DNA of 60,577 bases, counting the filler, from Circinaria calcarea (Eukaryota), in NCBI GenBank assembly GCA_051942165.1. It is 13 parts of 13 records of this genome, joined end to end, with 100 filler letters (N's around TTAATTAATTAA, not from the genome) between each part and the next. Parts side by side here need not be neighbours in the genome. Positions count along the whole stretch, not along the records: positions 32,711 to 37,273 come from JAVECS010002271.1; positions 37,374 to 41,935 come from JAVECS010002272.1; positions 42,036 to 46,597 come from JAVECS010002273.1; positions 46,698 to 51,259 come from JAVECS010002274.1; 9 more parts are not named here. The stretch is one strand, 5' to 3'. This document shows positions 36,255 through 49,592 of this stretch, in pieces. Position 1 is the stretch's first letter, and each line of letters begins with the position of its first letter. The translations under genes and the position numbers were made by a program. The notes under the pieces were generated by a model. The model was given only the letters and a program-made list of their open reading frames with translations, was not told where the DNA came from and made no database searches.

Positions 36255-36945
36255 ATGTATATACATTCAACATGTTATTGCCCTCTTTAAAGGACTGTAT
36301 GTTTTGGTATGTCTCAGAGAAAGTTTACCTGCATCTACAACGGGCCTAACTGCATCTACCTCCTGTGAGTAGATCAGCTTTAACAGAATAGGTCTTCAGA
36401 TCTGGGCGTTTAGCGGTTTAGCAGTTCAGCGTACATTAATGTGGCAGATCAGCAGACCGATTGCGAAAGGGCATTAGCCTGTTTCCAGCTCATCAATTGA
36501 AAACTGTCATAAGATTCTCCCGCATACGCCTCCCTTTCGCGTTGAATGTTGATCTTAGTGCTCCTTCAGCCCTCAAACTCGGATTTCATAAAATATCCAT
36601 ACCCTAAATTTCTTTGCTGTTAAACAAAGGGCTTCTTAGTCCATGGAGTTTGATGTCACGGTTAACTTCTTTCATCCGGGGACGCGGCTATTGAGATATT
36701 TCGGTGCATGCAAAAGAAGAATCTGAGTTGAGGACGGGTGAGTGACAAATTTCCAATTCTATTTGTAAAGCTAAACGCCGGTACATGTTATACTAGGAAA
36801 AGACTGGTAAATGTGCTCTAGGAAACCACTGATACATATGCAGCAATCAAAGCAGTCAAACAAATCCCGCAATAGATGATCTCAACCCGCAACTACACTT
36901 TTAAGCGACCGAATCCATCTCCTAACCCTTGAATTGTCCAATTCT

Positions 36946-37273
36946 TCATCTGCACTTGCCATCGCGCGCGCAGCCACCGTAGCACCCATGGCTCTCGCAT
37001 GTTTTACCTGACTTGCAGGTAATGTATTGGCAATTGGTACTTCGGCGAAAAAGCTGGGGAGAACACAGTCAGGCTACTTCATTCTGAATGGGGATGTGAG
37101 AGAAAGACTTACCTCTGCTGGAGCTCCTCGGGCGTAGAGGGCACGGGCAAGTATCTCGCGCGCCTCGACTTCTCTCTCGCGGATGTCCAAGTCTGCTTCA
37201 CGGGCGTCCAGATCCCGCTCAGCTAGGTCGCGCTCGCCAAGAGCGAAGTCTCCATAGACGTCAGGGGCCGCAG
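36946..37273 (-). CDS. Secreted prepro-peptide with a 6-Cys knottin-like mature peptide (5'-truncated; intron 37054-37112)
   Basis: Spliced translation ...AAPDVYGDFALGERDLAERDLDAREADLDIREREVEAREILARALYARGAPAE|LFRR-STNCQYITCKSGKTCESHGCYGGCARDGKCR*; canonical GTAAGT / CCTGAC / CAG intron. Confidence 0.85.
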
Positions 37274-37373
37274 NNNNNNNNNNNNNNNNNNNNNNNNNNN
37301 NNNNNNNNNNNNNNNNNTTAATTAATTAANNNNNNNNNNNNNNNNNNNNNNNNNNNNNNNNNNNNNNNNNNNN

Positions 37374-37548
37374 TATTGTCGAAGTTGATGTAGTTATGGA
37401 TCCGAACGAGACTCTCCGAGCAACCCACGACGTGGCGGAAGAGTTGCAGATGAAGCTCGAGAGTTTGCCTGACGTCGAAAGAGCTTATGTCCATATTGAT
37501 TTCGAGACCTCTCACAAGCCGGAGCACTTTTTGAAGAAGGAGCTTTGA
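37374..37548 (+). CDS. Cation diffusion facilitator (MTP-like) transporter, C-terminal end
   Basis: VEVDVVMDPNETLRATHDVAEELQMKLESLPDVERAYVHIDFETSHKPEH. Confidence 0.9.
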
Positions 37549-37970
37549 TTTTTTTGCACTATGATACCCAGCGTCTAGAGACGAGTTACTTTAGCAGTCT
37601 TTCAGCGCGGTGTTTTTTGGCCGTGGCTGTAAAGCAGTGGGTATAGCTTGTATAAATTTCAGCTGTGAAGCTTGAGTCTGATCATTAAAATAAGCCATGG
37701 CGGCCTTATCTGTAACGATTAAAGATACCGCATTCGCTTCAAGTGATCCATCGGATGCAGCATCTTACGATGGATAACGAGGAACATACCATATATTTCA
37801 GTTAACGTCCACAGATAAGGGTATACCATATTTTCGAAAGCCAACTTTCTATATAATGAATGGTGTGATGTACACGAAATGTATTCCAGTGCATCCCCGG
37901 CGCCCCGTCTTAGGATGCTCTCATTCTTCAACGCCAGGCATTCTGGTATGCGTTCAAGCTATCCTAAACA

Positions 37971-38968
37971 CTAGCATTTACCAAAAACATCACAGTAACA
38001 TTTACTCATATTAGGACAGCTACGCGGTGTTAGTGGGATATTACTTATAGGGGGATCGTAAATCATACTGTTTTGCTTCCATTCCAAAAATGATATGCCA
38101 CAGAAATTCCATCACCCTACCACTAAGGTGGTCCGGGAGCTTCGTGTTCATGACCCACTGTCTATAACGCTGATAGTCCTCCTTTGTTCTGGCGAGAACC
38201 TGCCTTTTCATCACGGCAAACTGGGCGCAGCATGCCACTCCGATCTCTCGTGGCACATCATCATTCGCAAAGAGCTCTTTCCATACCGCTGGTATTTCTT
38301 TTTCAACTTGAAAGTGGGTCGACGGTGGGTCTCGGAATGGCTGGACTTCGCCGCTGCAACCTGGTGTGAGGCCACAGCGCAGATTGACGTATCCCTTTTG
38401 CTTGACGTAGTCTAGCTTGAGATCTTTCACCAGTTGAACGTTGTCATGCTTTTCGTTATCAACATGCCATGCTTTTTTCTCCCCATCGCGATGGCTGTGC
38501 AAAAAGACAATTATGTCGGGGAGAAGATCGTAGTGGTCGATTATATAAGTAAGGTAGGCGATGGACTCGCGACCTTTGTTCATAGGTGTATGGAGCGAAG
38601 CATCGAGATTATCGACCGTATATATAGCATTCTGCCAACTGCAAGAGGAGAGATGAGTTAGATGGTACGGATGAGTTGGGACGAAAGCGAGCTACGTACT
38701 CTGGTAGGTCATTCCCCACCCACGAGGTATCCTCCTTCTCCAACTTTCCAACCACTATAATTTTACTCGGAGAAGCAGTGGAAGCTGATGTCGTCTTAGC
38801 ATATGGAATGAGCGTCGACGTTGCCCCGATATCTACGGGATCATTCTGTGTCCCAGTTGCGAGCCAAGGCGCCGGTTTCGGCTGAAAAAAGCTTATATTA
38901 TATATTGAAAAGAACGAAAGTAAAGAAAGAACGAAAGCCACGCTCGAATAGCGAACCCAAGCAGTCAT
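37971..38968 (-). CDS. DUF3431 family protein (3 exons)
   Basis: N-terminal anchor; EDTSWV; NKGRESIAYLTYIIDHYD; FLHSH; GYVNLRC; CCAQFAV; GRVMEFLWHIIFG; final exon CPNMSKCYCDVFGKC*. Confidence 0.9.
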
Positions 38969-39723
38969 AGTAAAGATCAGAATAGTACACACCCAGTTTG
39001 CCGTCGGCGAAATAGCTCACACATATTGAACTGAGGTTCCGGGATTCCAGATCCGTTTGCTGAATTCTTAGCCCCTGTCTGGCTTAAGGCTGCAAACCTG
39101 GTTGAGATCCTTTCGTCCAATGATTTGCTCGAAGCGCCAAGCCATACGAGCGGCAGAGTATGCTGCGCGTGTATGCAGGAGAAGACGCCTCCGCCCGGAG
39201 CTAAACTTGCAAGTGCCAAGATAAGTATTTTGAGATCGCCCTGTACAGTGATGTTGGACACAGTTATAATTCTGTGCAATGTTCAACACTCTGCACAACA
39301 GTGTAAACCGTTGAGGTTGGTCATTCTCTGTGTGAATTGTTCCTGTTTATTATCGCATTGCGGCAAGCTGATTTAGTATGAGTCTATCAAATACTAGCAA
39401 TTTCAACGATTAAGCTGTGCTCAAAATCTCAGTTCGAGCACCCTTCTCCAAGCAACTAGTTCATTTCAGTTGCTGGCGGCTATTCCGTAAAGTTCAGCCT
39501 ATCATATCTAATTTAGCTCAGCGCCTTGTGATAACAATCTGCCTTAAAAGCGTTGCCGTTCTCATGTATGGCAAGGGTGACCATGATTCCGCTGTGGTGG
39601 GATCATTAGCCGGTTATCCTAAGTATTATGTAGATGTATCGTTTCAATTCTTCGATCTTGAGATGTCATACTTCCCACTCCCTCAAGTCATTACAAGGCT
39701 GTCCAAAGAAGTTCACTTTGCCG

Positions 39724-41509
39724 ATGGCGAGGACATCTTACAGACTACAGGACCATGTCTCTTTCTCTATGTCACCTGGAGACCGCGCCCCGGCTGTACC
39801 GCCCAAAGCTGCCAGGTCATTCAACTACGCAACGGACGATGGACTCCAGGTGGCGCCACATGAATACTACGATGCGAAGAAACAGAATCCGCAGTTAGCA
39901 ATTGGATCGGCGGAAAAATACGCAGCCCCAGACTCTGATCCCGCAACCGGGTTGCAAGTCCACTATCCAGCTATACCTTCCTCCAAGGTCCAACCACCGC
40001 GACGAAGGAGACTATATATATGGATGATTGTAGTCGTGGCTACAATTATCGCCATTGCTGCTGCGGTTTCAGCTACAGTAATAATCACTCACAAGCAGAG
40101 ATTAAACTCGAGCAAATCTTCGAGGTGAGCTCTTGCAGGCCGAGCATAGTTATTATCCGATCTACCGATTGGAACAGCAGCTGACACATTGCAGCAGTGT
40201 AAACCCGCCTTCCACTATCGCCACCTCTGCTGGTACGACCATAATTTCCTCAATACCGTTAATAACTTTAACTGTATCTTCTACAGTCACAGCACCACTG
40301 ACTGTAACCACAAACTCTACAGTATCATCCACAGTAAATGCTCCCAGTTCATCATCTTCTACCGCAGCACCTACTCCTACCACGTCAAATGCGGCAATTC
40401 CATCTGATAGTGAGCTATCCAAATCTGGCGCTTTTAGAGGAACAGGCATGGCTACGATGAACCCAAGGAACGACGCTGATGGGATTTGGCTGGTATATCA
40501 AGATTTCACTGGTGATGTTAGACTCGTCTCATACAGCTTGTCTGGCGCTTGGCAAAGTAGTGAAAGCCTAGGAGTCAAGAATGTAGCGAATGCGTCGGCT
40601 ATGACAGCAACATCATACGGGCCGGATGGCTCAGTGGTGGTAAGTGCTACTTATTTCCGGAAATTAATAGACAGAAAAGTAACCGTATGCCAGTATCGAC
40701 TATTCTATATAGACTTATCTGGGACCTTGCAAGATATGGTTCGGACGAATGAAAACTCATGGGAACCAGGAAATATCGGAACCTACAGCTTCAGGGCAGC
40801 CGCAACATCGAGTCTGGCCGTTTTCTGGGATTCTACATTTGGAGAAAATCTGACCGGCGGTGGACTTCGCCTATATGCGGGTGGTCCTGATGGGCTTATC
40901 CATGAATACGGGTATGACCAAATGACTGACTTGTGGACCCCCGGGTACATATTCCCCGGCACAAATGGTTATGCGGGATGTAGTATCGGGTTTACAACTA
41001 CTCTTACAACACTTCACTTACTTAATGCTGATAACGAGTTGGAATTTTGGTGGCGGAACTGGAAAAAGGGTAACTCATCATATCCCTCAGGCTCGTGGAA
41101 CAAAGGTATGTCACTCCTTTCTAGATGATGCTACCATTCAAGTTCTCCGCACGGTGACTCTCTAACCAATTATGCCGACCTAGGTGCCAACTCTCCTTCA
41201 CCTGTACGCGCTAATTCCTCAGTATCCTCATGCATCGGCGAGGCATCGGCTTACTACCAAGACAAAAGCCTCAATATCAACGGTCTTCCCTGGAATGGCT
41301 TCGAGGCCCAAGAGCGCTGGGCCTCACCAATCGACCTGAACAGTGCTCAAGGCATCGCAGGTACCACGATCTCCTGTGGCTGGTATCGCACCAATCCCCT
41401 GGAGCCGGACAGAATCCACATATACTTTCAGACCAATGAGAGTAACATTGTGGAGTATGCGAAGCTGCAGGCAGGATGGGCGAAGATTCACGATATCCCT
41501 GTACACTAA
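39724..41509 (+). CDS. Type II membrane protein with S/T-rich stalk and fucose-specific-lectin-like beta-propeller (multi-exon; start 39724 or 39769)
   Basis: GLQV repeats, RRRR followed by a TM helix, Ser/Thr stalk, then blade-like repeats (LVYQDFTGDVR, RLFYIDLSGTLQD, LRLYAGGPDGLIHEY, IHIYFQTNESNIVEY) with Trp at blade ends. Confidence 0.7.
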
Positions 41510-42734
41510 ATGAATCAACGGTGAATTCTCACGTCTTAGTTGCCAATACCCAGGTGGCGAAAAGTTGTGTATGCTATGAACGTTAAAGGTGGCTCCAGTG
41601 GTAAATGGTTATAGCGCATCGTTTCTCGAGGTGTACTTTCTCATATATATATACGAACACTGTTCTTGGATCATAGTTAAAGGTCACGCTTTATCTTTCC
41701 CCGCTTCTTAGGTATCTGCTGCCTTCTGCTTTCATTGCTCGCCAAGTTCCGCCCCCTCATCTCCCATGGCGTTTGTGCACTGCTAGTGGGGCGCCTCCCA
41801 AGCCCGTACCAACCGTTCTACGTCACTCCAACGCTTGCAGTTGACAAGCTTATACTTGGTAGTGACCATCGGTTTATGTTAACGACCACCCTTCCCATTT
41901 TCATCCATGCCAACAATCTGACAGCAGGACCGCCCNNNNNNNNNNNNNNNNNNNNNNNNNNNNNNNNNNNNNNNNNNNNTTAATTAATTAANNNNNNNNN
42001 NNNNNNNNNNNNNNNNNNNNNNNNNNNNNNNNNNNCTTCAATGTTAATAACATTGGAGCTATGTAAAGCTAGGCTGAGGGAATTTTCCGTGCAGGGTATC
42101 TATTGGCTGGAGCTATAGTTATTCCGCGCCTAGGTTTACATTACACCAACATAACAGAATTTGCGAAAGCCCCCAACTGTCCGGAGTTATTCCGTACGGA
42201 CATTATAGCTGGCAGGATCTGTCACGATTTAGCCCTATGCTATTCGATTTAAGCTACTATGGCTTGGCGCACACTCGGCTCGCATACAGAGCATGCAGGG
42301 GTTATAGGGGTCCAGTACCTTTTTTGTTTGCGCGAATACTACTGTCACTACGATTATGTTATATAGGGGCTAAGCCCACGTTGTTCTTTCCTCTATATTA
42401 AAATATATAGAATATCACCAATTCAAGTTGATGACAATGCGTTTGCACTGTGCCATGATTGCACTTTCTAATAGGATTTATCAATGTGATCATGTTACAT
42501 GATCTAAAAAGACTATGAGGATGCTATCTAGGTAGAAGGGAGGTTCGAGAACAAAACCGTCTGGTTCCAAACAAGCCATGGATCATTGGATATGCCACTA
42601 AAATAGACTATGCTGGATAAGGGCTGAAACACCTTGCGGGCAGTAAGCCGAAACCGGGTCCTGTACAGGCGAGCCACGTGTTTGCTCCACTGGCCTTTCG
42701 TCTAACTCCGATAGCTTAATTGTTGCACCTTTGT

Positions 42735-45046
42735 TTAGGATGTCTCGAGTTTCTGATTCAGCGTAAGGAAAGCTTCGAACCACGTCTGTGGCTCCGCATC
42801 GGGTAATGCCTCGTTACTGAACAAGTCCACTCATTCATACACGCCATCTCTTCTTCTCTCTGCACGTTCTGGTGCCGTCAAGCCATCCTCGTCTCTATCG
42901 TCCGGATTTATTCCTCTCAAATTCCTCTGTTCTAATTCACGCTGCGTATCGATATCACCATCCCTTGCACTAAAGTGAAGAAGAGTTGAACCAAACCGAG
43001 TCCGAACGGTGTGATGGCAACCAAGCTCGAGTAAATACCTGAAAGTTGCGAATTGATGCCGGACCAATGCGTAAGTAAGAGGCGTGAGTCCTGCATTGCT
43101 CTGAGTTTCTATGTCTGCTCCGTGTTGGACGAGCTTGTCAATGACTTCAATGTTCCCGTTTCGCACAGCCCAGTGTAGCGGGGTCCAGCCGTTTCCGTCT
43201 TGAGCGTTAAGGTCGGCGCCTTTGAGGTAAAATTTCTCAATAGAGGAAGAAGTGCAGGTTGAGCTAAAGGTAAAGTCATGTAGCGGAGTTCCACCCCGTC
43301 TGTTCCTTATATTAAGATCGGCTCCATGATCTAACAACTCATCGAGACACCGCTTATTGGCGAAGAGTGCGCTATGCGCCAAATGGTGAAGAGACGTTCT
43401 TCCTTCACTGTCTGCGATGTTAGGGTCTGCGCCCATCTTTAGAAGTTCTCCTGTCTTGTGTAAATCACCCTTTGCGCAAGCCCACGAGAGCGCGCTACGG
43501 CCTAGCTGATCTAGCTCGTTGATAAGCTCGCGGGGTGTCGTACATATAACTTCTTCAGGCGTAGCACCATTGGGGCCTAAATTAAGGACTGCAGCATGCA
43601 GTGGGGTGAACTGGAAATGGTCGAGTTCCAGTTCTAACCCAAATATGTCGCGCTGATCTTTAGGTTGAAGTTGTGCACCTCCCAAAACCGGATGCCAGAA
43701 ATACAGATAGCCGGACCTATGTTGATTAAGCTTTGTTTAATATAGATTAAGTTCAGAGTCCATACATTGATCTGCTATCTAACTGGAACATGTCCGCGCT
43801 GATATGCTCTAAGTCTCTGAAAAAGCTGCTGTTATAACTGATACACGATATCAAAGCAATCTATAATAACGGTCTGTTAGCTGCGTATCTTCAATGAAGA
43901 CGGACTCACGGTGATTAAGGTTCGCCTTCTTCGTTGACGTCTCTGACTGAGGCTTTTCCATCCACTATCAGCCTTCTCATCCTTGATATGTCTTGATTTC
44001 TTAACGCCCTGAAAATCTCTGAATCATCCGGACGAATCCTCAAGATCCGTAAGACTGGCTCTGGTGTCGGGGGCCGCGTCTGCAGCATTACAATGCAATT
44101 GAGAAACCACCAAGGGAAACTATATGAAACCACAGTTCTGGAAACCTTTCCTCTTGCGCAGGAAGATGAGTTACAAGGTTTGGTTATTAGTGGTAAAGCC
44201 TCGTAGTCAATAAAAATGGAGCCAAGCAAGCGGTCGAAAAGGCCGGGGCTTCTAAGTCGACTCATCTTGTGGCAAGCACACGAACAGAATGGCCCGCACG
44301 TCTTGCTGCTAGCGACACGAAAAATGATCGCCTGAGCTGAGGACGGGGACGGATCGGCTTCAGTTGGCAGATCCAGAGGTGATGCCTTCTGCTGCTGCAA
44401 GTCATTCTCACATTGATCAGTTGCTCTAGACGGTAGAAGAGGTGGGCGCTGTCGTTGCGGCAGTCTCGAGTCTATTATGTTTTCCAGTGTCTGTTGACGG
44501 GAGAGCATCAGTTGGTTGCTGGCTTGTAGCTGAACCAACTGCAGTTGAGCTGTTTGCGATTGCCTGTAGCGTGTCTTAGCACTACCCCTTCAAGACGCTC
44601 TCAGATTAGATAGCCTACATCATATCCAACCCCATAGCCAATGAGGGGTCCCATTTTGCATCTCGCAATCGGTCTCGCTTATCTCTAATCTCGCTTTCCT
44701 TGAGTATCCAAAAGAGTTGATCAATCTTTACAGTAGTCCCTTCTGAAGGCGCTAACAGGCCATACTCAATCATCTTGTCAAGCTCCAAGATAGCATCCTT
44801 GGTCCGGTCAATTGCTCTGGACAACACTTCCCGATCAGGAGCCAAATCGCAGTTTTTGATCAATGCTTGCCTGCAAATATCGTCAAGTTTTCCAACGACG
44901 AATTGAAGGTCGGAGAGCTTATTATGGAGTTGTTGTGGAAGCGGTTTAGCATGCTTGAGTCTAGCAAGCCTTCGCACTCCTTTCGCAACAGGGCCTATGA
45001 AGCCAGCTAGCGCCGCCGTACTTGCTGAAATCGAGAGTGGATCCAT
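42735..45046 (-). pseudogene. HeLo-like N-terminal domain + Cys-rich linker + ankyrin repeats; probably disrupted
   Basis: MDPLSISASTAAL N-terminus; CGPFCSCACH...YSFPWWF; ankyrins (GRSALSWAC, GRTSLHH, GWTPLHWAV, GLTPLTYA); TAA at 43915-43917 just before a splice donor and a likely premature TGA at 42831-42833. Confidence 0.65.
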
Positions 45047-46118
45047 CACTCACCAAGATGGAGCTTAGTGCATTCCAGCAGAGAGGCTCTAGAGAGGGCC
45101 GCCTATATAAAGTAGAGTTTCCTAGCACGGACGACAGCTCAAAAGTTAAACAACACACCTTCTGTTCAAACCGCCTCATTCTAACATCCAAGATAAGGTG
45201 GAGCAGCCCTGCTTCTGAGCTGCGCCTCAGCCTGATGCAAATGGCCAAGCACCACGTAGCCTTCACATTCTAGTTGTATGCATGTTCCTTTCTCTCCACA
45301 CAGTCTCTATGAGTTGTCAAACTTGGTTCGGCCACAAGGAGTGCATCACTGTAATCGGGCGTAGTAAGTGCTTTGGCAACCAATAATCAACCTAAGAGCC
45401 CCTTGTCGACATGCTGGCAACCACCTTACACGATGACGGAGACCAGTATCAATCTCGATAAGATAGAAGCTGAGCGAATGCCAACCCAACTTGACCGACC
45501 CCGCGGCGCATGCGGAGCCATGCTGGGTTTAAAAGTTGCATTGATTTCCTTGCCGTGCGACCAATGAAGGAGATTCCACCACATACCGGAAATAGGGGCA
45601 AAGACTTGGGGCAAAACTAGCTACATCTTTGGCTCACTAGAAGGGGTCAGAATTCCGATCCTCCTATTGAAGACGCGTATGCGCGCAGTTAAAGACGTGG
45701 AGGGAATGTCGCCAGAGTTGGGTTTAAATCCCAACAGCGCTACTTTTGGGTGGTCTGGTCGTTCCCGCTCCTGTTTTCTCCTATCCGCTCTTCAGTATCG
45801 TTGGGTGTCAAAAATGGGCGCGCTTTCTTTTTTGGCGATCTCGGCAAAATGTGGCGAAGATTTTGGCGTGAGCTGTATGCGGATATCGAGCTGCTCATTG
45901 CAAACACATTGATAGTACTGAGAGCCTATGAAGACACGAAGAGGAATATACAGGTATAGGAGTTCTCTCAATGTTCTGGAAAGCCGAGAGAGGAACTCAC
46001 CTAAGAATGCTGAGTTGTGATGCATTCTAATGTTGTACACTATAATAACACGTATCTATGCTGTACCTAGGAAGCCTTACCAGATAATCAAGTTCCTAAT
46101 GACTGAGCGTGCGAGCCG

Positions 46119-46597
46119 TCAAACGAATTCCCGGCTCTCGCCAATGTCGCAAACGTCAAAAGTTCCTTCTTCCGGTATGCCACTCCTCTTCAAGGCCTCT
46201 TTGAGGACTTTGGGGGGTTCCAGGACATCTTCCTCGGTCAAGACCCATGTACCCCAGTGTATCCCCATTGCCTTTTTACACTTGGTATCTTTGAAAATAT
46301 TCACGCTATCAAAAGGATTCGCATGCATAGGAGACACTAGCGGCCATATCAGCTTTAGGCTTGGCCTCCCATCAAGTTCGCAGCGAGGACTCACTTATAT
46401 ATCGCGGATCATATGCTCCGATAGGAATCAGTCCAAGGTCAAAGGGGCCACGGAGTCTTCCGATGTCGCTAAAGGCTGGACAGTGAGGGTAGTTGTGGTC
46501 TGGTCCGTAGTCATCGACACCTTTCGGTAGCTCGGGAACGGCCCGATAGCCAGTATCTCCTCCAAACCAAACTTTCTTGCCTCCACTTTCAACGCTC
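46119..46597 (-). CDS. N-acyl-phosphatidylethanolamine phospholipase D (metallo-beta-lactamase fold), 3' part
   Basis: [21 protein letters not shown], spliced [20 protein letters not shown]. Confidence 0.9.
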
Positions 46598-49592
46598 NNN
46601 NNNNNNNNNNNNNNNNNNNNNNNNNNNNNNNNNNNNNNNNNTTAATTAATTAANNNNNNNNNNNNNNNNNNNNNNNNNNNNNNNNNNNNNNNNNNNNGGG
46701 AAGTAATTCCCGGGGCGGGAAGGGGGGAGGAAGAAAGGTAGAATATGCGAATGTGAGCAGGAAATAAGTTTACCTCGAGTTTACTAAGCTTTTTAAATTC
46801 ATGGTTGCGAAAAGTTGGAAAAAAAGGGTATAATGTAAAATGGCTCTAGAAATAGACATTTTTTTGCACGTTTTTGCGAGCGTTTAGAGATCCAAAGTAT
46901 TTCATAGGTGGAAAAGTGTACATCTCTGTTGGGTACAGAAGAACTATGATTACCTTCGACCATAATAACAAATTCCACTGCAGATTGGTGATGTGTTATT
47001 ATTATTATAGCAGTACCTCCAAGCGATCCTAAGCACGTGGTCAGAGTGACATGAGATGCCGGCAGGTGAATATTACTCTAGTTTGGTTGGGGGGGGGGGT
47101 TCATTGGTTTTGGACATCTGCCTTGAACTCCCAATCTAGTTTGTGAAACGAGAAGGCGAGGACAAGTTTTATAAGAAAGGAAAGATATGAGCATCTCGAT
47201 GCTGTAAGCTTCCGTGTACCGTATTTGGTGAGCGGTTGTAAACGCAAGCATGCAGTGTGTCGGGCAAACATGTTGACCGTTCAAAATACATCTTAACGGG
47301 AAAGAAGCTGAACTGAATTATTTAAAAAGAGAAGGACAAAGAGAGTATACAGACATGAAGATAAAAGCATAATCGTATATATATGGTACTTTTGATGAAT
47401 TATAATCACAACACATGCTGCTTGCCCCCAACAGGAACCGGGATTCACAATCCCTGTCCCCTGAAATAATAATTATTAAACTCGGCACTTCCATTATCCC
47501 TCTCCGTGCAATATATCCATTGTCACCATGTGAGTAACCAAATGTGAATATATGAGGATTTTTTCTCTTTCTTTTTTCTCTCGTTATTGTGGCTTGCTAG
47601 ATAGTTATCAGAAGGACGACATTTGGATTACTGCTTTTTGTGAGTGTTCAAGAATAGAACAAGGACGTCTAAGCAGGCTGAAGAGATGTATATACACTCT
47701 TCTTTTTCCAGGTGAAAATACGTTCAAAGCACCGCATGTCTCATCTCGCCGTCAATAGAATCACCAGTGGGAGGCATTCCCAAAGAAATCTCTCACCGCA
47801 TAGTAAGTCCTACCTTTGCGACAATAATGCATACTTATAGACCAACAGATGGGAATTCTTCAACCAAGGATTCACTACACGTTACTCTGCAATGCTAACA
47901 GATCAAGGTCGTTATGCAAGATCCACTTGTCGCCACTTACCGTGGTCTCGGGACTGGGGTGCATCCGTCCGAGATTCCCCCCTGCATAATCGTCCGGAAT
48001 CAAACCTTGCGCCTTCTTTCTTTTCTTTTCTTCCCCGCCCGTTGCCTATGGCATCGTTATCATGGATACTCGGCCCGGCACCAGCCTTATTAGAGGGAGG
48101 CTGCGGAGAAGGTGGGCTTCGTCAACTACCCATTTCATTATTCGACTTCTACCTCTCTTGGCCAGTTCTTTCATCTTCCCATTTTCCTTAATTTATAGCC
48201 GTTGTACTTCTCTCTCTTCTTCTTCATCCTCCTTTTGCGGGTTCTCATGATCAGCTCTCTTCCCGTCTCTGACTTTCCCACAACTTCATTGGTTTTCCTG
48301 TATCGTCGAATTTTCCCAGGACATCTCTCCTTTCGCTCGGTTCCTTGTGCTGAACCCAAGAGCGATGCAAAAGGATTCGTGGGCCCATGACTTAAGGAAC
48401 TTGACGATATTCCGAAATAAGGGAAGCAACTAAAGGTAGCTGAAAGTCCTGATAAGTTTCCACGTCTTCTGCTTGTCTCGGGAAGCAGGGATGTTTGCTT
48501 GGGGTACTGAAACATGGCATAAGACTCGACTGAAAGGGCTTGGTAGTCATTACCTAGTCTGAATTATCAGTCGCATCTCCTTATAAAATTCTCTCGTCCT
48601 CGAAGGTAGCTATTTAATACTTCTTGGGTATTTTTCATGTCTGGTAGTGAGATGTGATCGAGAGCCAGGAATGACACGAGGGAGCCTGCAATAAGTGCTG
48701 GTTGTGCACAAACCAATAAGGAGGGTGTATGTCAAGCAAAGTTAAGATCCTCCAAGCTTGGGACGAAGTAATTGCATGAAAATGGTCGGCGCAAACCTAT
48801 CCAACGATACTCAAAATATCTCGGAGCCTCTAGGCACGCATCCAAGTCCATCTGAAAGCCTTTTCAACTGCTAGTCTATCGCCTTTACGCAGAAGAAATC
48901 TTGGTCTGCAGTGCCCCCCAGAGTATGTGGATTTGCACAAACACCATCTTCTAACCGAGCGTCGGTGTTATTCCTTAGATCCGGTCGCTCCAAAAGCATC
49001 CGGTGGCAAGGCTAGGGCTTCACTTCATTTCGCTTCGCCCTATACAGTCGCACATCCGAAAATACTTCTTCTTGTCCAGCCAACCTTGTCGCGTTTGCCT
49101 TCACCCTATGCATCACGACAGTAACGACAGCCACCAGAGCCTCCGCTTCTAGATCAGCGCCATCCAGATCCTCCTGCTCTCAGAAGACGGCTCTTTCACT
49201 ACTCAGAAGGCAAGGGGCCCCAGTCTCATCACTTTGTTGTCTGTCACCTTCTTGTTCATCACCTTTTTGCGGCCATCACCACCGCGGTCTGGAGGGTGCT
49301 TCCTCGTCTCTTGCCGTTACTGCAGCCAATCACCAAGTCTCTCGACAGTCTTTGCGGCATACCAATCAGGCTAAAGAGAAGTTCCTAACACATCTCTCTT
49401 TCTGTGAATCATCTCCTAAGTCGGCGGTATCCTGTGGTTCTTGTTCGCATATCGACACCAAACTCGTGCACAAAGCTCTTCTTCCCTACTTCACCAAATT
49501 AGATCAGCCTAAGCAACCTGAGGCCTGCCGCCATCTCTTTTGATAAAGCTTCTCGACACCTCGACTACTCAGCCAAGGTCTCGATATCAGCA

